A DNA stretch of 61,683 bases from IMG/VR virus record IMGVR_UViG_3300044878_000127, positions 1-61,683 of that record; one strand, written 5' to 3'. Shown in pieces: positions 41,550 through 49,687 of the stretch. Position 1 is the stretch's first letter; each line of letters opens with the position of its first letter. Position numbers and translations under genes: made by a program. This DNA is from a virus. Its lineage: Duplodnaviria; Caudoviricetes. The notes below the pieces were generated by a model. That model was given only the letters and a program-made list of their open reading frames with translations, was not told the origin of the DNA and searched no databases.

Positions 41550-41727
41550 TAATTTGCCTCGTTGTTCGTTGCTTTCTTGGTATGTGTGCAAACTGTAGAT
41601 AACTTTCCTTGCGCGCGCAATAGAGGTGATGAAAATAAACGCGAAACAAACCGTTGATAAGACGAAAGCTGTTGCTACGACAGCGAACTGTGATAGGGTG
41701 GCATTCGTAACAGATAAAGGGCAGTAA
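41550..41727. promoter_or_regulatory. AT-rich divergent promoter region
   Basis: Strand switch point with TTGCGC and TTGCTA -35-like hexamers. Confidence 0.5.
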
Positions 41728-41802
41728 ATGACGTTCGAAACATGGCTACAGCTGCAATGGAAAATCCTGATTGAGCACGGCTTGATCAAACCCCAGCAAT
41801 AA
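41728..41802 (+). CDS. Possible 24-aa peptide
   Basis: AAAGGG RBS; MTFETWLQLQWKILIEHGLIKPQQ. Confidence 0.4.
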   Translation: MTFETWLQLQWKILIEHGLIKPQQ

Positions 41803-41822
41803 CCCAACAAGAGGCATCACCC

Positions 41823-42398
41823 ATGTCGCAAAGCACCAACCCCGAGGCCGTCGTTCTCGGCGCCTTGTTTGACTTCGCCGGGCATCTGCGCACGTCCAAC
41901 ATCATCAACCCCCTGAGCGGCATCGATGGGTTTGCCAAAAAGCGCAAACTCCAGGCGGATGAAATTCCGACGCTGACTTGGCGCGAACAGCTCGACACCC
42001 TGCGCGATCCGGCGCAATCGTTGCCGACCGACAGCGAGCTGGTCACCGACTTGCTGTTGCTCGCCGAAGCCTTCAAGGATGGCGACCCGGGCGCCGACAA
42101 CAAGGTGTTCGATGTTCTGAATGATGCCGCCACGCGCCTGCGCCGACTGGATGCGGAGCCTGCTCCTACGATCGACGCAATTAACTGGAGCCTCGCTCCG
42201 GCCGCCACGCATTACGCACCAAAGCGTGAGCCCGGCGATTTCTGGTGCGCGTGCTTCTTGCAGCTGGTCGACGGTAAGCCGGTAAAGGCCTGGGTTCTGA
42301 CCGATGGCGTCATTACCCGCGAGATTTTCAACCCGAGCTACACCGACGACCTGCTGGCGCGCTTGATCGCTCGACCGCTGAAGGGTGGTGCGCAATGA
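41823..42398 (+). CDS. Hypothetical protein
   Basis: GAGGCATC RBS; INWSLAPAATHY motif. Confidence 0.7.
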   Translation: MSQSTNPEAVVLGALFDFAGHLRTSNIINPLSGIDGFAKKRKLQADEIPTLTWREQLDTLRDPAQSLPTDSELVTDLLLLAEAFKDGDPGADNKVFDVLNDAATRLRRLDAEPAPTIDAINWSLAPAATHYAPKREPGDFWCACFLQLVDGKPVKAWVLTDGVITREIFNPSYTDDLLARLIARPLKGGAQ

Positions 42399-42787
42399 TC
42401 GCTGTCATCCACAACTTCGATTACTGGGGCGACAACGGCCGTTACACCGATGAGGGTGTAGCCGAAGGTGAAACCGAAGACGCGGTGGTTGCCGAGTGCT
42501 GCGATATCGCGGCCCGGCATGACATGGGGTTCAAGGTTGAGCGCATCTACGGCGCGACCGACGCGGAGGCGCTGACCGCTCGCATCAATGCGGCGGTGAT
42601 TGCTCGCAGCGCAAGCGATAAGGTCAAGGCGGAAATACAAAGCCTGGAACGCAGCATTGCCGAAAATCAGAAGTGGCTCGGAAACGTAGAGGCTGAAAAG
42701 TCTCGTCGGCTTGATTTGATCGAAAAGAACAACGCCCGATTGCTGGAGCTTCGCCCGGAGGTGGTCAATGACAACGCTCGGTCCTGA
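42395..42787 (+). CDS. Hypothetical coiled-coil protein
   Basis: Coupled ORF. Confidence 0.7.
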   Translation: MIAVIHNFDYWGDNGRYTDEGVAEGETEDAVVAECCDIAARHDMGFKVERIYGATDAEALTARINAAVIARSASDKVKAEIQSLERSIAENQKWLGNVEAEKSRRLDLIEKNNARLLELRPEVVNDNARS

Positions 42788-43202
42788 TCATTACCGCTAC
42801 ATCGACACCATTGGCCCGGAAGGGCTTGAAGTGCATTGCATCACCTACACCGTGATCGGCGTCACTGATCAGTGCTACTACATCGGCGACAAGCACACCG
42901 TCGATATGGTCAACGGCCACCAGTACAGCCATACCGCTGAGGCGATCAAGAAGCGCCGCAAGCGCGTGCTGAAAGCTGGTGGTGAGTGGGGGCGCCGCTT
43001 TGCCTACCCCGACAAGTCGCGGGCGCTGGAGTCATACAAGGCCCGCAAGCGCTGGCAGATGCGCCATGCAAAGATTGCCATGGAGCGCGCTAAAGCGGCT
43101 ATTGGCTACTTCGGCGACGCGGAAACCAAAAGCACGGTGCCCGACGGTATGGTGACTATCCCGTGCGAGTACATCCAGAGCATGAACTGGAGTGAATACT
43201 GA
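42768..43202 (+). CDS. Hypothetical protein
   Basis: GGAGG RBS; RRFAYPDKSRALESYKARK. Confidence 0.7.
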   Translation: MTTLGPDHYRYIDTIGPEGLEVHCITYTVIGVTDQCYYIGDKHTVDMVNGHQYSHTAEAIKKRRKRVLKAGGEWGRRFAYPDKSRALESYKARKRWQMRHAKIAMERAKAAIGYFGDAETKSTVPDGMVTIPCEYIQSMNWSEY

Positions 43203-43519
43203 TGACGCCGGATCAATTGCAAGACTTGGCCCGCGCCGTAGCCAAGGCCATCGAGGCGGGCAAGGCTGCCGCTGAAGCGCAACCCGATGACGGCGGCAGC
43301 GCCAACCGTGACCATGTGTATCTGTACGGGCTTAAACGCATGAAGGTGGCCACGCTGCGCGCGGCTGGCATCGACTGTACCAAGTGGTTGCCGGGCGAGT
43401 TCCATTTGCGTGCGCCGTTCGCGGGCCAGGCCGACCGCCGCTATGCCGGCGTGCAGGCCATGTACAAATCCCTCATTGCCGACGGCGTTGAATGCTCCGT
43501 CTACTACCAAGCGGACTGA
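43202..43519 (+). CDS. Hypothetical protein
   Basis: Coupled ORF; DDGGSANRD...YYQAD. Confidence 0.7.
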   Translation: MTPDQLQDLARAVAKAIEAGKAAAEAQPDDGGSANRDHVYLYGLKRMKVATLRAAGIDCTKWLPGEFHLRAPFAGQADRRYAGVQAMYKSLIADGVECSVYYQAD

Positions 43520-43523
43520 CGCC

Positions 43524-43937
43524 ATGAATCGAGCAAGCCCTGTAGACCTGCGCAAGGCGATGGAAGCCTCGCAAACCTTTCTCAAGGCCGGGCTGAGGTT
43601 CGTGCCGATGCCGGTCCTGAATGAAAGAGACTTCAATGACCTGGTCAAACAATGCGATTCACGCCTGACGCTGATCGAGCAATACGGCGAATCGGCTGAT
43701 GATGCCTCGGCGCGCTACTTCGTCAACGCCCGCACGCGCATGTGCAAAGTGCTGCTGAGCCTCGGGCCTGATCATGAGGCCAACATCCGCCAGACCAAGC
43801 GCGAAGAGTTCGTGGAGGTGACCGGCGACCTGATGGCCCTGTTCCAGGCCGACACGCAGAAAGCCAAGGACGCCGGATGGAAACCGTTCGGCCGCACGTC
43901 CTACGCTAAGTTCATGGAGCGCCTGAGCAATGAGTAA
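43524..43937 (+). CDS. Hypothetical protein
   Basis: MNRASPVDLRKAME...FVPMPVL. Confidence 0.7.
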   Translation: MNRASPVDLRKAMEASQTFLKAGLRFVPMPVLNERDFNDLVKQCDSRLTLIEQYGESADDASARYFVNARTRMCKVLLSLGPDHEANIRQTKREEFVEVTGDLMALFQADTQKAKDAGWKPFGRTSYAKFMERLSNE

Positions 43938-44496
43938 GCGATTCGGACGTAACCAGAAGCGCGCCATGCGCGCCGAAATTGCTCTCAATTATGGGGCGCT
44001 GGTGCTGGCTACCCGTAAGGCTGGTGACCTGGAAGACAACAACCATCGACTGAGGAAAGAGACTCGCGGCCTGACAGCCAATTTACAAGTTGCGTTGAGC
44101 GCCATCGAGGAAGCCCGGACCATTCTCGGCGAGTATTTCCATGGCCTCCCGCCGAGGGTGATCGAGCAGGCGCACATCCCTGAGTCTGTGATGCTCCCGC
44201 ATCGCGGTCGACTATATGGCGTGGCTGACCAAGCCAGCGATCTTATTGCTGCCGCGAACATGGCGGAAAGACTTGAAACCATTGATGGTGGCGCCTGGCT
44301 GGATGATCTGACCTTGGGGATGCACGTCAGTTTCAAGACACCGTTGGGTAACGTCGCCTATGCCTTCAATCCGCGAACGTTTCAAGGCCAACCAAAACAC
44401 CGGGTCGTGCGTCACTTGGCTGATGAAATGGCCAATCACCTTTGGCATTCAGCCGAGGCGAACGGATTACTTACAAAGGCCGGGGTGAAACCATGA
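43930..44496 (+). CDS. Hypothetical protein
   Basis: MSKRFGRNQKR start common in phages. Confidence 0.7.
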   Translation: MSKRFGRNQKRAMRAEIALNYGALVLATRKAGDLEDNNHRLRKETRGLTANLQVALSAIEEARTILGEYFHGLPPRVIEQAHIPESVMLPHRGRLYGVADQASDLIAAANMAERLETIDGGAWLDDLTLGMHVSFKTPLGNVAYAFNPRTFQGQPKHRVVRHLADEMANHLWHSAEANGLLTKAGVKP

Positions 44497-44822
44497 ACAA
44501 GCGCGACGCGAAACTCATTGCTGAAACCGTGACGCGTGAACAACTGCTGGCGATGTTCGAGCGGGCGAAGGTGTCCATCACCGACTGGAAAGAGCCGAGC
44601 AAGGTCAACCCGAGCATCACGCTCGGCGCCGCCTGGAACATCTACTACCCGGCGTTCATCAACGACAGACGTCCGATGACGCTTGGCCACGTCAAGACCA
44701 ACATGCTTTGGGTGTTTGGTGACTACCTGGACGAATCGCTGAAGCCGGGCAAGAAGGAAAACATCCGGTCGCCAGCGATCAACGTGTTTCATCAGGAACC
44801 TATTTTCGAGGTGTCGCCATGA
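44493..44822 (+). CDS. Hypothetical protein
   Basis: ATGA-coupled; MNKRDAKLIAE... Confidence 0.7.
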   Translation: MNKRDAKLIAETVTREQLLAMFERAKVSITDWKEPSKVNPSITLGAAWNIYYPAFINDRRPMTLGHVKTNMLWVFGDYLDESLKPGKKENIRSPAINVFHQEPIFEVSP

Positions 44823-45406
44823 TCGACAAAGAAAATCTGAAGCGCCTGGCCGAGGCCTGCCCGGACGAGCCGTTGCGTCTGGTCGTGTACCACGGCAACA
44901 AAATGTACCTGCGCAACACGGCCGGCATTGTGTTCGAGGTGTACCGCAACCCATCGTTCCCGCAGTTCGCCGCGATCAATGAGGCACATGCCCGGCTGGC
45001 AGAAGCTGCGACTCCTGCTGTTTTGCTGGCGCTGCTCGCCGAGAACGCAGAGTTGCGCAAGGACAAGGATCGACTTGACGCATTGGAGTCGAGCTTTTGG
45101 GATGTCCGGCACACCAGCGACCCAATCGGCGATTCGGGGGATAGCAGCGTAAGCATCGAAATCGTTGGTAGCTGGATGGATGAACCGCGCGAGCGGGTGA
45201 TCGGTGAGGATTACAACGAGAACCTGCGCGCCGCCATCGATCAGGCCATGAAGGCGCCCGCCTATCCACCGGCCCGGCCAGAATACGAGTATGAAATTCC
45301 AGATTTTGGCCCCGGCAACGGGAACAGGGCGCGACGTCGTGCTGAATCGATGGGTATCGACTACACCGCCGCAATGAAGACAGCCCCAATGAAAGCCCTA
45401 CCATAA
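44819..45406 (+). CDS. Ead/Ea22-like protein
   Basis: IDKENLKRLAEA...AATPAVLLALLAENAEL. Confidence 0.6.
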   Translation: MIDKENLKRLAEACPDEPLRLVVYHGNKMYLRNTAGIVFEVYRNPSFPQFAAINEAHARLAEAATPAVLLALLAENAELRKDKDRLDALESSFWDVRHTSDPIGDSGDSSVSIEIVGSWMDEPRERVIGEDYNENLRAAIDQAMKAPAYPPARPEYEYEIPDFGPGNGNRARRRAESMGIDYTAAMKTAPMKALP

Positions 45407-45433
45407 CAACCAATAAGCACGGAGCATTTTCAA

Positions 45434-45964
45434 TTGATGAAAGAATTGAGGCAACGGCAATTGCTGGAAGGTCAAAGCAGCGTGGCGCGCAAGGTGTTCG
45501 AAGGCGTGCCGATCCAAGAGGCGTGGCCGGAGAACGCCATCTTCGACGCCGTCCGCAACAACAACATTTGCATTGCCGCGCACGCGGTGCGTGGCTGCCT
45601 GAAAGACATGAAGGACGTAGGCCTGGTCCGTGAGGCGCCCAAGGGGCACTTCCAGCGGACGCCCGTGCAGCCGCCCTTGCGCTTGAGCGCAGCACCAGTA
45701 CAGAAAATCAAACCCCAGCCAGTGAGTGAGCCAACCGTGCAGACCCCAACCGCCAAAGCCGCAACCGTAACCCCGCTGGACCTGCTCGGCAGCGTGGCCA
45801 CTGAATTGACCTTGCTCGCCAGTGAATTCGGCGAACGTCTGCGCGCTCTGTCCCTGCGCGTGGAAGAGGTGGCGCTATTGGTAGAGGCGCAGCGCGAAGA
45901 CGACGCCAAGGTGATCGAGCAAGCCAACCAACTGAAAGCGCTGCTGAAGGGGTTCGGGCAATGA
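45434..45964 (+). CDS. Hypothetical protein (wHTH-like N-terminus, coiled coil)
   Basis: Long ORF with matching codon bias; TTG/ATG start. Confidence 0.7.
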   Translation: MMKELRQRQLLEGQSSVARKVFEGVPIQEAWPENAIFDAVRNNNICIAAHAVRGCLKDMKDVGLVREAPKGHFQRTPVQPPLRLSAAPVQKIKPQPVSEPTVQTPTAKAATVTPLDLLGSVATELTLLASEFGERLRALSLRVEEVALLVEAQREDDAKVIEQANQLKALLKGFGQ

Positions 45965-46188
45965 AGGCGATCGCTTACAAGTTGTACATGTGCATCTGCT
46001 TTGTCGCGATTTTGTTGTTTTTGATTGATACCGCAGTAGCTGTGTACCTGCGCACTACTGCCGAGGATGGCGTGTATGACGTAACTTACCTGGAGCAGAT
46101 TGATGCCACCTGTGTGAAATCCATCTATCAAGGCGATGTGGTAATGGATTGCATGGACGGTAAGCGCCTGATCAAGGAGGCGCCATGA
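45961..46188 (+). CDS. Small membrane/exported protein
   Basis: N-terminal hydrophobic helix, AT-rich. Confidence 0.6.
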   Translation: MKAIAYKLYMCICFVAILLFLIDTAVAVYLRTTAEDGVYDVTYLEQIDATCVKSIYQGDVVMDCMDGKRLIKEAP

Positions 46189-46358
46189 CACCAGAACAGC
46201 AAAAGACCGTCGACGAGCGCAAGGCCGAAGGCTTCCAGGTAGTGGGCAAGGACCACGACGGCGTGATTCGTTTGACCAAGGGCGCCGACGCTCGCGTCGT
46301 GTTCCACAATGGCAGTGAGAAGCGGGGCCAGCATTACCTGGCCAAGGGGAAAGCATGA
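46185..46358 (+). CDS. Hypothetical protein (57 aa, not in the ORF track)
   Basis: AAGGAGG RBS; ATGA overlaps at both ends. Confidence 0.65.
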   Translation: MTPEQQKTVDERKAEGFQVVGKDHDGVIRLTKGADARVVFHNGSEKRGQHYLAKGKA

Positions 46359-46696
46359 TCAGCAAGTTGAAGAAGTACGCCGAGGACTGCAAGGCGCTGC
46401 GCGCTCAAGGCTGGGCCGGGAACATGGCTGTGCATGAGGACGATATTTTGTCGATCATTGCCGAGAACGAGGCGCTGAAGGCGTCCGCCAATATCACGCT
46501 GTCCGGCTGCGAGTTCAATCCGCTCGACATCATTGAGCAGGCAGTGCGCAACATGAAAGGCCCGAGCAAGTACCGCAACAAGTGGGGCACTGTGCGTTGG
46601 GCGCTGGTCAGGGATGCGTTTGGCGTTGGTTCTGGCGTGGCGACAGCGTTGTGTCGTCGCTTCGGTTTTGATCCTGACGAGGTGCTGCGCTCATGA
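46355..46696 (+). CDS. Hypothetical protein
   Basis: RWALVRDAFGVGSGVATALCRRFGFDPDE. Confidence 0.7.
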   Translation: MISKLKKYAEDCKALRAQGWAGNMAVHEDDILSIIAENEALKASANITLSGCEFNPLDIIEQAVRNMKGPSKYRNKWGTVRWALVRDAFGVGSGVATALCRRFGFDPDEVLRS

Positions 46697-46896
46697 CCTG
46701 GAAAGCCCAAGGCCCGCACGCGGTCGTGAATGAAAACGGTTATGTGGTGGCGCGCTACCGCATAGCCGGCGTCGAATACTTCCGGCCCAGTCATGGCAAG
46801 AGCTTCATCGGGCCGCCCGTGCATGACAAAGACCAAGCCAAGCGCGTTTGCGCCGATCATCACAAGGAGGCTCAGAAATGCCCAGTCCAATCCTGA
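46693..46896 (+). CDS. Hypothetical protein
   Basis: Coupled ORF. Confidence 0.6.
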   Translation: MTWKAQGPHAVVNENGYVVARYRIAGVEYFRPSHGKSFIGPPVHDKDQAKRVCADHHKEAQKCPVQS

Positions 46897-47066
46897 TTCA
46901 CTTCGACGGCGCGCACCTGCCCATTCAGCTGCGCGCCATCGCCAAGCCTTTCGAGGACTTGGCCGGCACGCTTGATGCTCTGCTACCGGAAGGCCCGGAG
47001 AAATCCACGGCGCTGCGCAAGCTGCTGGAATCGCTCGATTGCGTGGTACGCGCAGCACGCAAGTAA
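46878..47066 (+). CDS. Small helical-hairpin protein, possibly Acb2/Tad1-like
   Basis: AAGGAGG RBS; HLP..L...AKPF..LA...LPEGPEKSTALRKLLE..DC.VRA. Confidence 0.6.
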   Translation: MPSPILIHFDGAHLPIQLRAIAKPFEDLAGTLDALLPEGPEKSTALRKLLESLDCVVRAARK

Positions 47067-47119
47067 TGGCAATAAGCCCTAGCATTCGCCGGGGCGTTTT
47101 AATACACTGGATACCTTGT

Positions 47120-47195
47120 TGCGTGGTAGCTCAGCGGTCAGAGCGCATGGTTCATACCCATGATGTCGCCGGTTCGAATCCGGCCCTCGCTACCA
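47120..47195 (+). tRNA. tRNA with CAT anticodon (Met, fMet-like or Ile2)
   Basis: Cloverleaf, TTCGAAT T-loop, encoded CCA; mismatches at 1:72 and 5:68. Confidence 0.85.
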
Positions 47196-47200
47196 GTTTC

Positions 47201-47275
47201 GCCCCCATAGCTCAGTTGGTAGAGTCCGCGGCTGTTAACCGCGTTGTCCCTGGTTCGAGTCCAGGCGTGCCAGCA
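47201..47275 (+). pseudogene. tRNA-Asn(GTT) with a non-pairing acceptor stem
   Basis: D, anticodon and T arms intact; 5' GCCCCCA cannot pair with 3' CGTGCCA; no CCA after the discriminator. Confidence 0.75.
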
Positions 47276-47305
47276 TTAAGAAAATAGACGCCTTGAGGGC
47301 AGTCA

Positions 47306-47701
47306 TTGAAAAAGCAAATCCAGCTTGGAATGAATCCAGGCACCGCAAGCAACAGGCTTGTCAAAGACATACTGTTCAAATTCCTTTCGGATGCCGGGCA
47401 TGTATGCCACCAATGCGACAAGCCTATGACGCGCGAGAACTTTTCCATCGAGCACAAAGAACCATGGCTTGATAGTGAAGACCCGCAGAAGGCGTTTTTC
47501 GATCTTGAAAACATCGCCTTCAGTCACCGTAAATGCAATTCGGGAGAGCGAAGGGTTGGCAATCCAGCGCAATGCGGTACAAACTCCCGCTACGTCAGTG
47601 GTTGCCGCTGTGTTGATTGCAAGACCGCTCACCGTGCCTACGCTCAAAAGAATTACACTCCTGAGAAGCGGAGCGAGCGATACCAGCGAAGCGGCAAATA
47701 G
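47306..47701 (+). CDS. HNH endonuclease in the tRNA island
   Basis: QLGMNPGTASNRL...CHQC...SIEHKEPW...NIAFSHRKCN. Confidence 0.85.
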   Translation: MKKQIQLGMNPGTASNRLVKDILFKFLSDAGHVCHQCDKPMTRENFSIEHKEPWLDSEDPQKAFFDLENIAFSHRKCNSGERRVGNPAQCGTNSRYVSGCRCVDCKTAHRAYAQKNYTPEKRSERYQRSGK

Positions 47702-47751
47702 AGTCCTGAAGCAAAGTCGTGGCTCCCCAGCTACCAGCCCGCACATGCGGG

Positions 47752-47919
47752 GTTCGTCTTTATCAGGTAGCACATAGGTAAGCTCAGCGGTAGAGCTACG
47801 GCTTGGGAAGCTGGCCAGCAGACAGTTCATGAAGGGCATGCCCTGATTGCCTTGTCACCCTACGCTCCGTGGTCGCGGGTTCAATTCCCGCGCTGTGTGC
47901 TACCTGATACAGATGGAAC
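47752..47919 (+). ncRNA. tRNA-like RNA with expanded anticodon domain on a long terminal stem
   Basis: D arm 47782-47796, T arm 47875-47891, 17-bp stem 47761-47777/47893-47909. Confidence 0.7.
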
Positions 47920-47989
47920 GCCTTGCTTAGGCGCTAAGTTGGAGGGAGCGTTGAACATACCCGTGCGGTCCCTGTTCGATTGCGCGATA

Positions 47990-48316
47990 GAGGGTGGTGT
48001 ATGTGACTCCCGAGAGCCACCCCAAAGCCAGATTTGAGCACTGGCCTGATGTATCCAGTTGCTGTCCTGGGATGCGGTCCCGCGCGGGAGTTTGTGCCGC
48101 TGTAAGTCCAGGCTGTATCTGAAAGAGCGTGGGCGTGCAAAACTGAAACCTTCGATACGGTGGCTGTACCAAATCCCGATTGGCGCCGATTGCAAAGAAG
48201 GTGGCTCGCTCTTTTTCAGATGCAGATGACCACCAGTAATGATTCCGGCAGCAATGCCGGCTATGGCCGGACCTGGACCGCCTGACCCTGTAAAGGGACG
48301 TGATCTAAGTCATCTG
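47990..48316 (+). ncRNA. Candidate structured ncRNA array
   Basis: Consecutive nested stems, GNRA-capped hairpin, no credible ORF; strand inferred from G-U pairs and context. Confidence 0.5.
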
Positions 48317-48353
48317 TCCTAATTCACCCAACCCAAACCTGATGGAGCAGTAC

Positions 48354-48641
48354 ATGATGATCAAACGATTCCTCTGTTTCGCTGCGCTGGCTGTCTGCGC
48401 ATGTTTCGGCCCGTCCGCGTTCGCACTGGAGCGACCGGTAAGCTATCTGGCCGCCAAGTTTGACCAGATGCCAGACACGCACCTGACCGCCACCGCCCGC
48501 CTGGAGTTGACCCTTGCTCAGTGGCGAGAGGGCAGCGAAGCCGGCAATGACGCCTTGAGTTCCAACCTGCGCGCATCGAGCAATCATTTCATCATGGCCT
48601 CGGTCAATACCCCGGATGAACCTGGTGTTGATCTGACCTGA
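48354..48641 (+). CDS. Hypothetical protein with signal-peptide-like N-terminus
   Basis: GGAG RBS; KRFLCFAALAVCACFGPSAFA. Confidence 0.65.
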   Translation: MMIKRFLCFAALAVCACFGPSAFALERPVSYLAAKFDQMPDTHLTATARLELTLAQWREGSEAGNDALSSNLRASSNHFIMASVNTPDEPGVDLT

Positions 48642-48656
48642 TAGCAGCGTCACCCG

Positions 48657-48693
48657 AAAAGCCCCGACTCGGTACACGGCTCGGGGCTTTTTT
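48657..48693 (+). terminator. Rho-independent terminator
   Basis: AAAAGCCCCGA...TCGGGGCTTTTTT. Confidence 0.85.
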
Positions 48694-48700
48694 ATGCCTG

Positions 48701-48735
48701 TTGCTTAGTGCACATAACGGTTCGATAATCAAACC
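48701..48735 (+). promoter_or_regulatory. Promoter upstream of terS with a palindromic box over the -10
   Basis: TTGCTT-17-GATAAT; GGTTCG-ATAAT-CAAACC. Confidence 0.65.
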
Positions 48736-48765
48736 TACTTTTTCCACTTCACACCCGAGGCATTC

Positions 48766-49380
48766 ATGACCGAGAAGAAGGTGAACGCCAAGCGCGTCAC
48801 GCCCAAGGAAGAGCCGCCCAAGGCCAAGCGTGCGCCAAGGAAGAAGGCTGACCCCAAGCCCGAGGTTGAGCCGAATCCACCACGCACGCCCAAGGCTAAG
48901 AAGCCAGTAGGGCGCCCCGCGCTGTACACCGTCGAGCTGGGCGAGCGCATCTGTGGTGAACTGGCTACCGGCGTATCGATGAAGACCGCTTGCCTGCCTG
49001 ATGACATGCCAAGCGCTGCGACTGTGTTCGGGTGGATGCGCAAGCACCCGGAATTCTTAGAGATGTACACGCGCGCCAAACAGGAATCGGCTGACGCCTT
49101 GGTCGAAGAGATGATGGACATCGCCGACGACGGCACCAACGACTGGATGGAAACGCACGACAAGGACGGCAACGACACCGGTTACAAGATCAATGGCGAG
49201 CACGTTCAGCGTTCGCGCCTGCGTGTCGAGACGCGCAAGTGGGTGGCCGCCAAGCTGAAGCCGAAGTATTACGGCGACAAGGTGGACGTGAATCACGGCG
49301 TGCAGGCAGACAACCCGATCACTGCGCTCATGGGCCAGATGGCCGGCAAAGTCCTCAAACCGGTGACTGAGAATGAATAA
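48766..49380 (+). CDS. terS: Terminase small subunit (Sf6 gp1-like)
   Basis: GRPALYT...ICGELATG.SM...MPSAATVFGW...RSRLRVETRKWVAAKLKPKYYGDK. Confidence 0.9.
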   Translation: MTEKKVNAKRVTPKEEPPKAKRAPRKKADPKPEVEPNPPRTPKAKKPVGRPALYTVELGERICGELATGVSMKTACLPDDMPSAATVFGWMRKHPEFLEMYTRAKQESADALVEEMMDIADDGTNDWMETHDKDGNDTGYKINGEHVQRSRLRVETRKWVAAKLKPKYYGDKVDVNHGVQADNPITALMGQMAGKVLKPVTENE

Positions 49381-49687
49381 AGTTCGCTCCTACGTGAAAT
49401 CTGTGAAGTCGCGCGGGTCATTGGCCTGCGCTTTTCTCGTACGCGCATGGCAGAACCTGCTGTGTCGGTGGGGATGGCACGACGACGCGCCAAGCACCTG
49501 GTACAACCTGCACATCGATCACCCTGACGGCACGACAAAGGTGGCCGGCGTTCGCATCGTTTTCACTTGCAAGTGCTGCGACCATAGCATTCAGGGCGAG
49601 CACTTCGAGACATCGGCTGATCGCCTGCACTGGAACGCCAGCCCTGAACGCCGCCGCGTCACTCTGCGCGACTGGGGCAATCAATGA
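49373..49687 (+). CDS. Hypothetical protein
   Basis: Overlaps both neighbours; LLCRWGWHD...CKCC. Confidence 0.55.
   Translation: MNKVRSYVKSVKSRGSLACAFLVRAWQNLLCRWGWHDDAPSTWYNLHIDHPDGTTKVAGVRIVFTCKCCDHSIQGEHFETSADRLHWNASPERRRVTLRDWGNQ

Noticed and set aside
48223-48316. Hammerhead or other self-cleaving ribozyme
   Set aside because: No CUGANGA/GAAA core in the right arrangement; kept only as a generic structured RNA.
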